This document shows positions 43,343 to 56,508 of a stretch of DNA of 64,000 bases, piece after piece. The notes beneath the pieces were generated by a model. It made no database searches. It worked only from the letters and a program-made list of their open reading frames with translations, and was not told the origin of the DNA. Source of the DNA: Lepidodermella squamata (Eukaryota; Animalia; Gastrotricha); assembly GCA_047495785.1 (NCBI GenBank), contig JBLDXI010000004.1, forward strand, positions 1,798,001 through 1,862,000, read 5' to 3'. The translations under genes and the position numbers were made by a program. Position 1 is the first letter of the stretch. Every line of letters begins with the position of its first letter.

Positions 43343-45856
43343 TCAACCTGCTCCTCGCGACCTCAGCAGGCCGGCCGTAGCGGAGTCGTAGCCAAACATG
43401 CGAACCGCCAAATCAAGCGCAGTCTTGCCATCCTTGTTTCTTACATCCCTGTTTGCACCTCTATCAAGCAACAGTCTCACAACAGGGACAAACCCTTGGG
43501 CGGCCGTCAACGTCAACGCCGTTTCGCCATCGTTATCCTTCGCGTCGATGGTAGCGTTGCGATCTAGCAACAGTTGAAGTACTTCGAGGCGCCCCATCCT
43601 AGCCGCAATTATCAACGCAGTCTTCCCATCTTCACCCCTTGCCTCGATGGCGGCATGGTGATCCAGCAACAGACGAGCTACTTCGACATTCCCACTCCAG
43701 GCCGCCCCCATCAAAGCCGTCATCCCATCCCAACCCTTGGCCTCGACAGAAGCGTTGCGATCCAGCAACAGTCCAACAATTTCGGGGTGGCCAACTGCAC
43801 ACATTAACGCCGTACTGCCATAATCATTCGTGGCGTCAATGGTAGCGTTTCGATCGAGCAACAGTCGAACTACTTCAACTTTCCCATAGATACCCGCTAG
43901 CATCAACGCCGTTAATCCACCGCTATCCTTGGCCTCGATGTCAGCTTTGCGATCCAGTAACAGCCGAACCAAGTCGACATACCCATACTTTGCGGCCAAC
44001 ATCAACGCTGTCGTGTTATCTTTATCCCTGGCCTCGGTCGTGACGTTGCGATCCAGCAACAGTCGAGCTACTTCGACACGCCCATGCTCAGCCACTAGCA
44101 GCATCGCCTTCGATCCAATGTTACTCATTGAGGGGTTGCGATCCAGCAACAGTCGCACAACTTCGGCATGTCCCATCTCAGCGGCCTGTAGAATCGCCGT
44201 CTCGCCATTTTTACCCTTGGCGTCAATGGTAGCGTTGCGATCTAACAGCAAACGAACTGCTTCGACTCGCCCTTTATCAGCCGCCCATATCAGCGCAGTC
44301 TTCCCATCGTTATCCTTAGCCTCGATGTCAGCTCTGCGATCCAGCAGCAATCGAACTGCTTCGACTAGTCCATTCGCAGCCGCCCTGATCAACGGCGTCA
44401 AGCCATCTTTATCCCTGACCTCGAAAGCAGAGTTTCGATCAAGCAACAATCGAACTACTTCGGCGTGCCCTTTCGAAGCGCCCGAAATCGCCGCTGCCCG
44501 GCCCAGAATAGCCGATGCCTCGAAGGGAGACTTGCGATCTAGCCACAGGTCAACTACCATCTCAATATAGTTGACTCTTCCAGTCCCAGTTGCTAACATC
44601 AACGCCGTCTCGCCAGCGTTATTCTCAGCCTCGATGGAAGCGTTGCGATCCAGCAGCAGTCGAACTGATTCGGCTTGCCCCCGACTAGCCGCCCACATCA
44701 AAGCCGTCGTCCCATCGTTATCCTTTGCCTCGATGGTGGCGTTGTGATCGAGCAGTAGTCTAACTACGTCGACTTGCTCATTCTCTGCTGCACGCATCAA
44801 CGCCGTCCAACCATGTTTAGTCTCCACAGCATTCACATCAGCACCATGGTCCCGTATCAACAATTGAGCTATTTGTACTCGCTGGTCTGATTGCGTCCGA
44901 TTAGAACACATGACACTGTGAAGCAGCGGGCTATTCGTCATATCCCGTAACAGAGAGTATTTCACCCAAGAATCGCAGAGAACCCGCTGTGGGTTGCGCC
45001 AGTTCGGGTTGAAGTTACCGCCGGTGGCATTGTCGATTTCCGCAATCAGTTGTCTCACCAGCGCCACGTCTTCCGCCTCGGCTGTTGCATTCCACAGCCT
45101 CTCGTAAGCTGTGCGAATCTGGAATGCAAAACACAATGTAACAAAAGACGTTCAGATTGCACAGCAGGTGTCATCAAGATGAAGGCACAAGATGAAGGCG
45201 GGTATCATCGTCCCATAGAGTATGGAAAATATTAATTCCTTACTCTTGCTTTCTTTTGCATAGGTGCAATGCTTTCTTTGCAATGCATTATGAAAAAGTG
45301 AATTTACGCATTTAAGCTTGAAGTAGAATTCACGCATGCACTTTTCCACGCTCGCCTTTGTTTCCTCCTCGCGGCGTATGTCTCCTTGGTTCCCCGGCAG
45401 CGTCAAAGACCGCTAAAAAAGGAATAATTGGCAATGCTTCTGCGCCACAAAAGCAATCCTCAGTAGGTCCAGCGACGTGATTTCACTTGGTAATAACGAA
45501 AGATGAAGGACATCACTACACAAGCAGCTAACAACCCGGCCTAAACAATCTTGCATCCGTCTCGGCATCGTGAATTAGAAATGCGAACTTTGCAAAACCT
45601 TGCACAACCCGAAAACCCAATTAAAATGCTAAAAGCCGACATCGATCTGATTGTGAATATGCAGCTGCAGGTAACAGAGGACAGAAGGTGATTCTCTTAA
45701 AACGCAAGAACCAGGCTGCTATTTTGAATCGAAACTTACCAGCCAGGTTGCTTCGACTTGTTGACTGCCTGGATCGTTTGATTCTGCAGCAGCAGTGGAG
45801 ATCAACGCAACCAGGCCTGATGCCAGTCCAAGAAAAGCGATTGAGAGGAGACGCAT
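43343..45856 (-). CDS. Predicted secreted ankyrin-repeat protein, 630 aa (exons 45856-45740, 45118-43343)
   Basis: Exon 1 MRLLSIAFLGLASGLVALISTAAAESNDPGSQQVEATWL|GTAAGT (phase 0, absent from ORF track); acceptor TTCCAG|ATT; about 15 ankyrin repeats. Confidence 0.72.
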
Positions 45857-47568
45857 TTTGAAACTTTAACAAGAAAACTGAACTATCAACTAACAATTGC
45901 TTGTGTGTTACATGCTACGTGCTGTTTTTTCTCGTTCAAGTGATTTTCGTATATTAGGTTTTAACTCGTGTTTTTTCTTGTTTTGTAATATTGATGCAAT
46001 GCATGAGTAACAGCTCATTCAGAACCTTTGTACACAACTTTCCATTAAAGAAAAAGCCCACTCACAGATTGAAAATAATCCAGTTAGGAAACCTGAATAG
46101 CAAGTATGATCAGTCGCGAAGCAACGGCAACTCGCATAAGCTGACATATATTTGCTCCTCTTCTCGCGATTAGGGCTACTCGGCAGGAAGTGCGGTCGAG
46201 CAAGCGTATCGTAGCTCGTCATCGAGCTGGAAACTGCATTCGAACTTATTGCGAATTTCACTCGCAGATGGAAAAGGCAGTGTGCTTTTTAAACTTAGAA
46301 CGATAATCTAAAGTTTTGTCACCTTTTGTCCCTGTTAAATTCAGGATTGAAAGGAATTGTTGAGAATGGCTAGAATGCGCCGATTCTGTTGTGGGAGGGT
46401 GTCGCGGATTGCCAACCGTCATTTTCGTGCATCGAAATTCATAAGAAAGGTTTGTCCGCACGCGGTGATTTAAAAGAGCTACTTTCGGAGATTGAGTCGG
46501 TTTTCATACCAAAATGAAATTCAGCAAATTGTCTATTGAATAGATATTAATTTTTTTGGTGAAAGATTAATGGAAAACAGATTTATGTGCATATTTATTT
46601 TCGAGAATGGAGTGCGCGCCTGTGTAAGGCGCGCGTACAACTTTTTTGCTGTAATTTTCCCACGCGAGAACCCCATATTCAATCGAAAGAGGATTGTCTG
46701 AATTATTTTTTGATATAAAAACCGGTTACCAAGGTTGGATATTATAGGTCGGTTTTGCTGAGCAAATGAATCAGAGCTGGAAAACATGTAAAATTTCCTG
46801 CGAACCGATTTTCAAATTTCCTAGCAATTCCTAGCCAAAGCTTACTCTTTCCAAGCAAAGCTATGCACCTTCCGCAAATCTGAGGAATGATCCAAACAAA
46901 TGTACCGGGCCATCAGGCTATTTACACAGAAATGCAGAATGATTGATAAGCTGGCTTGAAAATCCAACGTCAATTCATTGGCATTCAGGGTACCAGCAAA
47001 TCTATTCAGACGTTTGGCGAAAGGCTCTAAACGCACATCCGCCACTAACTCGAAATTCGACCCGATAATAGGCTCGTAATATTGCGATCTTGTCGGGGAT
47101 ATGTCGGGGCTGATGTCAAACGGAAACCAACTATAAGAAGCTCTTCAGCCGATTCAGGAATAGACGCAGGGAAAACGGAAAGGCGATGGCAGGTGATAGG
47201 AGATCTCTAGTCAGTCACTTATTATCGAAAACGTTTGAGAAATGACAGTTTGTTTTATTCCATTCTCTAGCTTGTGAATTCTGGCCGATTTGCCTGATCG
47301 CAGGCCCAACGGCGCGAGGCGTTCATTGAACAATATGTATCGGAGCCGACATCAGAGTGTTTCGGAATTGACGGATTGAACCCGCCTCTTTACTTCCGCC
47401 GGCAACTCGAAATTCGACCCGATATATGACGTCGAATCAAAGCTAGGAAACAGAATGGCTGAGCTCGAACGGAAGCCGGTAAAGCACCATCCACTCATTC
47501 AGGAATGGACGTAGGGCTCATGAAAAATTATTGTCAGTCACTTCAGTAGCATATAAGGCGTTCAAAAA

Positions 47569-49601
47569 ATGGCAAATATTTCCAACAGGACACTAACAGC
47601 GTCTTTGATGCCGTTTACGAGCTCGTGGATTCTGGCTGATTTGCCTGACCGTGGCTTCAATGGCTCGAGGCCGTACTTCATCGGTTGGTTCCACGACTTG
47701 AGCACTCAATCGATCGCAGACCGGCTCCCTTACACGCTGATTGTCGTCATAACGGCATTTCTCGGAAGTCTGGCCAGCATAGCGAACGTCGCAATCTACC
47801 ACCGCCGCAATGTTAAAAGAGACTTTTTGATGCTGAGCTCTCTCGTTGCTGTGAGAAACGTTCTGTGGTCCATCAACTGGTCTTACGCTGTTCTGGTGCC
47901 TTTGACGACGGGCTTCTGGGAGGCAGGCCCATCAGCTTGCTCTGCTGTTTATTGGAACACGGCTACACTGGGCGGCTTCGGCTGTTTTGCGAACATGCTC
48001 ATCAGCTACGAGAGGCGACTGTGCGCATGCTCAACATCGCTATACCGCTCCAGTGCATCGAAAGTAAGTCTTTTCCTTGGTCAAGAAGCAACACATGAAT
48101 CGGGATGCGAGACTGTATTGACCTTAATTAGAGTCAACTGGTAACATGTCATCCTCTGTCTCGTCTTAGGCATAGAAAACATTCCCCTTTTGTTTTTCGA
48201 CAAAACCTTACAAAAAACCCTCTAGTTAATGGGCTGTATTCCTAAAGTAAATTTGAAAAATCTTCCTTCAAACTCGCATGTAGGGCAGACATAATTGTTA
48301 TATAACCAAAGAGCCAGGAATTTCTATGTGTGATGTTTATTGAGCAGCTTCTTCTGCTAGCTGGTGGGCTCTTGTTACTGTGCGGCGGCTGTGCGGTGGT
48401 TTTCGTATTCGAGCCATACGAAGCGCTGTCCTATCAACGCCTAATCATCGATGGGATAGCGAACAACACGGCTGTGCCTCTTTGCGGGTCTTTCGAATAC
48501 AAATTCATCGGCGAGGCAGATACTGTCGTGCTGATCATGGCGTACTACCTCTTCGCAGTTCAAGCTTCGTCTATCGGCCTGGCCTACAACTATTGGTAGG
48601 TTTCGCAGTGTTGATGTTGGGGCCCGAGCCCGATTTCGGCCCGTACGCGTTCGGGCCGGCCCGTGTGCGACCGGGTAATAGCAATTTACCACTCCGCGCT
48701 CCGGCCGCTTTAAAACATGCCCGTATGCGACGTTTACTGTAAATTTACCAAATTCGATGAAATCACGCTTCACCGCACACGGGCCGGCCAAGATGTTGAC
48801 CCGAGCACGGCGGAGAACAAAGGGATCCAGCGCTATTGTTCAGCGCCGCACTTGGGCCGCCGGGCTCGGGTCATCCTACAACCAAAGCCCTACCCGGTAA
48901 CTGTATCAAGTCCCGGCCCAAACCCGACGGCCCGAGTACGGCGCGCGCGAATGCCTAACAATAGCGCTGGATCCCTTTGTTCTCCGCCGTGCTCGGGTCA
49001 ACACCTTGGCCGGCCCGTGTGCGGTGAAGCGTGATTTCATCGAATTTGGTAAATTTACAGTAAACGTCGCATACGGGCATGTTTTAAAGCGGCCCGAACG
49101 CGGAGTGGCAAATCAATGTTACCCGTCTGCGTACGGGCCGGCCCGAACGCGTACGGGCAGAATTCGGACTCGGGCCCCAACATTGATATCAGTTTTCTAT
49201 CATATTTTGTAATTTACAGGAGAATGTTTGCCCAAATCCGCGCTGTTCGCTTGAAATGGCGAGAGACGTCAACAATCGAGGAGAAGTGGCAAAAGCGCGA
49301 AGTTTTTATCGCGAAACAGTCAATTGCTGCTTTCTTGGTGTACAACGCGTTCCATCTGCCGTTGGCTGTTCATTTCGCCCTCCAGCTAGGTTATGTTGAT
49401 CTCGGGCCGCGATTCGCCTCTGGCAACCTCATAAAGTACGGCCACGTGTGTTTGCTGGTCGAGATGGTTGTTTCATCAGTGATCAGATCGCTGAAACTAG
49501 GATTCACCCGCAACTTGCCGTGGCTAGGCTCTTCTCGTCGCATCAAAGTCGCGCCGTCAAGTGGCAACAGCAGCAGTGCTCAAACCGCGATAGTTCGGTG
49601 A
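47569..49601 (+). CDS. Divergent class-A-like 7TM receptor, type A (exons 47569-48063, 48348-48595, 49220-49601; 374 aa)
   Basis: Multiple hydrophobic segments, WEAGPSAC extracellular loop, ISYERR at the DRY position; GT-AG junctions in frame. Confidence 0.78.
48612..49185. mobile_element. GC-rich foldback MITE (possibly hAT-like) in GPCR intron 2
   Basis: About 240-bp inverted arms atgttggggcccgag... / ...ctcgggccccaacat; the equivalent intron of paralogue 59233-60721 is only 56 bp; TSD not identified. Confidence 0.8.
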
Positions 49602-50722
49602 ATGATTCGATTTGATAGCCATGAAAATTCTGAATTCTATGCTGTTTAAAGTTTGAGCCGTGCAATAGAATGTAAGATAGATTTGATTGGTTGTTACAAT
49701 AGCTTAAATCTTTAAAGTTTGGGTACGTATTCGATATTTCCCTACTGTCTGTTAAATAAGTACACTTTTTCTGTCATTTGACATTTCTACTCTCCTTTCA
49801 ACTCTCAGTCTTGAAGAAATGACGTTTTGGGTACTGGTTGCATGAAGCAGCCTCGCTAATACAATTAGTATATATTTAGCCACTGCGAATATTTCAGCAT
49901 TTGTGCCGACAGCAAATAACTTCAAGACGAATGAATTTCAATTCCTCCCACAGAATTTTTTTAATAACCCAGTGCGGCCAAGGTAGCAGTATTGTCGTAG
50001 CTAGATCACTAAAATTGTGGGATCACTCTGGTGTTCGCCATTGATTGAAATAAACAAAAAACGATGCATAAACCATTCGACATGCGCAACTGTGTATCGA
50101 TTTTAAGTGCGTGTATACACCCTGGTTTCGGTTGACGCAGCGTAACTGTAGCGTTCAAGGTAAAACCATTGGCGGCGGCGCGATGAATTTCTCTCGTTTC
50201 GTTTCTGCTCGGCCTATAGAATCGGAATAAGGGAATACTCTATGGCTAGCTTTTGTCTTTTGTCTATTTAATAATGCAGAAAGTAACAAATATCAAATTA
50301 CTGTGAGTTATCATCCAAGTTAAAAATTCTGAGCAACAACTATTTTATGAGGTATTTATTGAGCATAGTTTTTAATGATGCATCGTCCTATTTTCCGTCA
50401 GGGCTCACAAAATATCTTCTGGAAAACTTTCTGGAAAGTTTCCAATGCCGTCTGACTGAAAACGCGAGACTATTCGTAACGCATGTTTCAGGTTTTTGCG
50501 GAATTCGCCGTTCAAGCACTCAAAACGTTTCCGTTGATGCTTTTGCACGCAGTAATCTGAGCGTGCGAGGATATGGTTTTAGTCCCCGTTAGTGACATTT
50601 TCGAGTGCTTCCTGTGTTTTTACAGTTCAACAAGCGTCTCTCCAGGATCACAGCCATCACATGTCGAGTATTTCGTAATAAACAGCAGGCGATGGATCTT
50701 GCTAGCTTTTCGCCACTTTAAA

Positions 50723-52203
50723 ATGTCGGTGCTGATAAATGCAAGTCTGCTACCCAGCGGGTCGTGGCTAATCGCCGATCTGCCAGACCATGGCTTTGAC
50801 GGTCCAAGGCCGTATTTCGTAGGATGGGCCCACGATCTGAAAACTGGGTCGATGGCAGATCGCCTGCCTTATACGATCATAAGCGGCGTATTATCAATTG
50901 TTGCCATTATCGCTAGCCTGGCGAATGTCGCCGTTTATTACCAGCGTAATTTAAATCGCGACGTTTTGCTGCTGAACTGCATCGCCGCGTTGAGAAACAT
51001 ATGCTATGTTGCCACCTGGATGTATGCTTTGCTGGTGATTCTGCCGACCGGCTACTGGGAGGCGAGCGACGTCGCATGTCAGCTCACATTTTGGCTCATT
51101 GCTTTCACTGGCAGTTACGGCATGTTTCTAAATCTGCACATCAGCTACGAGCGGCGAGTGTGCGTCACCTCGAACAGCATCCATCGATCTAGCCCTCTCA
51201 AGGTATGACCTACTGTTAGTGAGATATGAAAGTGCGTACTCGGGATTCAGTGTGCTTATATCGGGGTGGTTGATGGAAGGGGCAGGGATATAATCCCCCG
51301 CAGTTCAGCCCTTTTCAGTTAGGAGTTCTAAAGGATTTTGAGCACGTGTTTGGGGGAATTAATCAATATCTCGCTCCCAGGCTGCGAAATACAGGGGTGC
51401 TGCCGGTGCTGGGGTGGCGGAAGATACCGCACCTAGTTCAGGGATTCCGCTTGTCGGTGATGAAGCCAGTTTCTCTAATGGAGACCCCCACTTAATCGCC
51501 TACATCTTGCCGTACTTCGCCATATTTTTTTTTCATATTATTATCAAATATCATTTTGATGATATTTTTATGTAGCTGGTCGCGATGGCATCAGGCATGG
51601 TTGTATTCAGCGCGCTGTCTTGTGTTATCATGTCCTTCGCCCCGTTTCGCCCCAGTGATGAGCGTTCAACAGCTGGGGCTAATGGACAGCAGCAACAGCA
51701 GCAGCAGCAGCAATACGAATCCTGTACGCATATGCGGGTTTTTCGTCAGCCGCCTCGCCGGACCAGTCGACAGCCTGATCGTAGGAGTAGCTCTTTTTAT
51801 GTTCTATTCCCAGACTGCGTGCATCGGCCTGGCTTATAACTATTGGAAAGTTTTTAGAACTATCCGAGCCGCTCGTTTAAGATTGCGAGGCGCCACATCG
51901 ATTGAAGACGAGTGGTACCGAAAAGAGACTTTCATTGCAAAACAGTCGCTAGCTGCTTTCCTCGTCTACTTCGCGTGCCACGTGCCGCTAACTGCGGAAC
52001 TCGCCATGGCACTGTACCGCGAAGTTGGCCCTAGGCACGCAAGCGGTGATCTGCTCAAGTACGGCCAAATTTGTCTGATACTCGAAATAATTCTGTCGGC
52101 GCTTATTAGAACCCTGAAGCCAGGATTCCATGATCGCTGCCCAGTTCGGTTCGGTGCATTTGTTCTGCTTAAATCAGCGAGACTGCGCATCAGCCCAGCT
52201 TAA
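50723..52203 (+). pseudogene. 7TM receptor type B with a +4 frameshift (exons 50723-51202, 51576-52203)
   Basis: ccgtttcgccccagtgatg versus ccgtttccagtgatg in paralogues (about 51648-51652). Confidence 0.7.
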
Positions 52204-53218
52204 AATATCCATAAATAGCCAGTCGTGTATTTTATTTGAAAAATGTTTCTTGGCCAAAAGGTGTATACGTAGCGTTACTTTCAAGCTGATCCCGAATTCT
52301 ACGAGGCTGACGTGTCTTTGATTTTGATATTCAGAGTTCAGTTGGCGAGACGATTGTTGATCCGATTTCCAACTGTACCTTTTCCCTATTGAAAATAATC
52401 TGTGCCTGTTATTTTACTCGTACTTCAATAGTGAATTAGAGTAAACTGCTCGATGTTCTTGAATATTATCACAACAGTGTTATTCCCAATTGCTGAATTG
52501 CTGATTTCCTATTTGAAAATTTGAAAAATTAAACGATCGAAACATTACGACTTGGCCAGCAGGGTGTATATATCGGAGTGACCAAAGAGCATTTGAACAT
52601 GACTGGCACAATGCACTCGCCATGCGATGTTAGGACGCTTTAGTTTCGAGTTTGCGCTGCCTCTTCGAATTGATTCTTGGTCGCAAAGAAGCAAATGTGG
52701 GAGAAGAAAGAGGTAACCGAAGAGCTCATGTGCAGCAACGGGGCGAAGGTTTGTGTCGTTGATTTCGCACAAACCACCCATTCATTTAAAAAGCAGCTTC
52801 CGCGCATTTCAGACCTCAGACTTATTCGTCTGATGTGTCCCGAAATAGGCATGAAAAACAAGGCTTGAAAACCAAGCTTAGCGACGCCCCGTTGGACTTC
52901 CTGAAAAACCCGTCAGTGAATTCCTGGGGTTGCCTTGTTTCTTCATTATCTCAGACTCATCTTTTATTTCGAATTTTTCGAATTTTCGACTCTAGAAAAA
53001 TTTCAATGAATATCCATGAATATCTATGCAATTTGTGTACTTCTCAAGTCACAGTGGGCATTTTTTTTAAGACCAAACCACACCCTTCGGATTTTCTCCC
53101 GAGGGCGAAGTGAAAACGTGGAAAGGAAAACAATTCTTGAGGTCGCGCAAAGTCCTCCACACAATTTGTTCGTTTTTTTCTTTGAAGTGTTAAGATTTCT
53201 TTCAATACCAAGCAGTAT

Positions 53219-54100
53219 AATGCTGCTTTCACACAATTTGACAACTGCTATTGTCTTGCAAGGTGGCGGCTGGGTTATGGCGTACATCGAGGAATGAGGC
53301 TTCAGCGGTGCCAGGCCGTACGTCATCGGTTGGTTTCACGATTGAAGCACGAATTAAGTCGCAGATCGGCTCGCATAGGTACACTTTGACGGCAGTCGTA
53401 ATTTGCGTGCATCGAAAATCGTAGTATACTACCGAAGGAATGTCAAGCGAAAATTCGTGGTCAATACGATTCTACGAGAAAATACGATTCTAGCCGCGCG
53501 GAACGTCATCTGGGGAATCAGCTGGTCATGCGCCATGCTGTTCACCCTGCAGACTGGCTACTGGGAAACCGGACCAGTTGCTTGTTCTGTAATTTGGTAG
53601 ATTGGAGCTGCCATCTCCCCGTTCGGGAGATTTTCACGACACTCGGATGTTTTGCCTTCTGCATTTGCTACACAACCGCCTATTTGGTCGCGCCACTGAA
53701 AGCCGTCGGTTATCACGAGCTTCTGATCACAGCGAATCACAGCAATGCAACGACAGTTGCCCGACTTTGCGGCTCCTTCGCCTACAAAGTGGCGGGCGAA
53801 GCGGACACTCTCGTTGCCGTTCTCGTCTATCTGATGGTCATTTTCCAAGTGTCATTCAGGAAAATGTTCTCGACAGTCAGGGTGGTTCGACTGGCTTGGA
53901 ACTCGAAGGGAACTTCGGGCGGCCGGTCGTCGAGGTCGCAGGAGGACTGGCGGAGGCGCGAATTATTCATCGCGAAGCAGTCGATTGTGGCCGTGGCGCA
54001 GTACTCCGCATTCTTCTTCCCAATTTCTGCCAGCATGCTTCTGCAGCTGGGCCCGCGAGAATTTAGGCAAATATGCACACGTCACACGTAGCTTATCCGG
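53219..54100 (+). pseudogene. Decayed 7TM receptor of the same family
   Basis: VLQGGGWVMAYIEE*GFSGARPYVIGWFHD*..., YWETGPVAC and ELFIAKQS, with several stops and frameshifts. Confidence 0.75.
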
Positions 54101-54777
54101 CGTGTTGACACTCGAACGCAGATAATCCCTTGATCCTCGGCAAGTCGCTTTAGCGCGGCGAGCTTGCAACACCTTTGACAGGCATGCGAGGGGCGCAGCG
54201 GGTGTGTGAACTTTCAGTAGTAATAAAATGCTTGAAGGAAGACGCAACCAACGCTTCAATGTCGTCATTTGTTCGGCTTGTAATAAGCAAGCCTTGAACA
54301 TAAATCCGCCCCAAAGCCGGTGGACGATTGGTAAGTGTCTTATGTGCCTGCTCAAGCATTATTGGCTATTGCTTTTACCGCTATTGCTTTACTGCTCAGA
54401 TTGCCAATTTGTCCCTAAAAAACGTCCGCGCGATATTCCTATCGCTATTATCCGCGGTAATCATATCCCATATCTGGTAGTTACTTTGGTTCATATACCG
54501 GTTCAGCCGATGTAATATTGATACCAAATAAAGGAATAGAGATGCGGCTAATAGGCGTCATCATCACATTTGCGTTTTTCTTATTCTAACGGGGCGACGT
54601 CTTATATTTCGAGGCGACTGATTATCATCCAGGTGCGGCCTTTCGCCTAAAGCCTTAAGGGGCGGATTAAGGTGGATTAGTGCGGCGATCACGCAATGAA
54701 GGCGATTTTATTTATTTTTGGGCGACACAAATGGGGCGAACTTTGACCTTATTGGCGACAGATTTTATCTCACCCTT

Positions 54778-54805
54778 TATTATTATTATTATTATTATTA
54801 TTTAT
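54778..54805. repeat. (TAT)n microsatellite
   Basis: Seen directly. Confidence 0.9.
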
Positions 54806-56508
54806 TCTTGACAGACTATATTCCGAATATTGATATTAGAGAAACTATGGTTGATATTCTTAAGACATATTACCCGACAGCTCGAATGACACTGAGAGTC
54901 TTGAGAACAAATATTATTTCTGGAAAGCGGTCGACCCAAGCTGGTTCTTACCAGGGGGAAGACCGCCAACCAGGTGGTTAAATTGCTTTGAACGAAATCT
55001 GATAAAAATTGGTATTGTAGAGCACCGCATCATAAGGCTGAGAAATCCAAAATAATGAACCGAAGTAGCGGGGAAGGCCCAGGAAATCGACCTAAAACTT
55101 GCGACACGCCATAATCAAAGTAGTAGCTGATTGGGAATTGGCTGAAATCACCGCCAGAAATCGCGATGGATGGCAGATGACTTGCCTAACCATAGAAAAT
55201 TATGAATTTTATAATAAAAGCAGACTGTTCGCGACTGATCCCTCGGACTCGAGCTGATCGCCCGTCGGCGTCCTCAAAACCCGCATGGGAATTTGTTGAA
55301 TTTTTTGTTGGACATTATTCCAATTATTTGTGGTCAACCATTTGTTTTGCTCCGAGAAACATTTCTCATCGTTCAATTTCACTTGTGCGCCATTCGACTT
55401 TCCGATCAAGCTATGCAAAAGGTCTCAAAGCCCGGAACCCCCACGCCCACGCCTCCTCCCCTTCCACGTTTTCTCGGAATTGCCGGTATGTGAGGTATGA
55501 GGTATGCCGAATAAATGATTCAAAGCATCAATAGGATACTTCAGTACATCTCATGAACTAGATAGCATGTGCAGCTGTATAGAACGGAAACGGAAAGCGT
55601 GTAAAAAGCTACACTTTCCACCTTGTCTCCTTGGAACAAATTGTTGTCTATTGAAGACATGCAAAAATCTCGGAATCATTGACGTTTCTTGATGGGTCGG
55701 GTTCAGAATTACCACGAATTAGGATTAACTTGAGGAATTGTGAGGAATGCGGATGAGTGAGGAATTGAGGAGTGAAGCGAGTCTCAGCGTTCGAGGTTCG
55801 AGCGTATGGGTTAGTACTCGTACAAAAATCGCGATAAATCGATGAATGGGCGAACGTTGCGAAATGCGGGAGCAGTTAGATTCATAATTCCGTACAACGA
55901 TGTAAGGAAGCGAACGAAGCGGCTACTTGTGCACGTACGAAGAGGCGAGGCAGAAGTACCAGGCGTGTCAGAGAAACACCAGTCTCGGAGAAATCATTTC
56001 CGATTAAAGAAAAAAACTCACCCGTGAGGATTGCGCACATTGACGTCTGTCGATTCTTTAAGTCTGTTATGGACATTCTTCTTTTGTGTCTAACCTTTCA
56101 ACGCCTTTTTCTGGCCTCGCAAGACTAAGGAAAACTATGGAATCGTCTTACTTTCCGTAGGGGATTGCACTATTTCGCCTGATAAACTTGCTATTCTACG
56201 CCGCCCAATTGAAAACGCGAGACAATTCGTACGCCAGTCCCCGCCAGGCTACCGCGGAAAATTAAATTCATGCACTCAAAACGTTTCCGTTGACAATTCT
56301 GCATGTAGGAATTGAAGCGTGCGAGGATATGATGTCTCCCGTTGGGGACGTTTTCGAGTGCTTCCTGTGTTTTTAGAATCGTCTCCCCGCCTTCAACAAC
56401 CGTCTCTTTACATTTTCAAGCTCGCTAATATCACCCAACTAGTAGTTTTGCAACAAACTGCAGATGATGAATCTCGCTAGTTAAAGACTCAACTTTTGCT
56501 ACTACAAC

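Noticed and set aside
26216-44570. Plus-strand ORFs rich in SSNSRATST
   Set aside because: Antisense shadows of the ankyrin repeats
45465-45545. Possible transmembrane exon GLLAACVVMSFIF between signal peptide and ankyrin exon
   Set aside because: The frame is bounded by stops and the similar region at about 38060-38150 does not keep the frame; not fully excluded without RNA data
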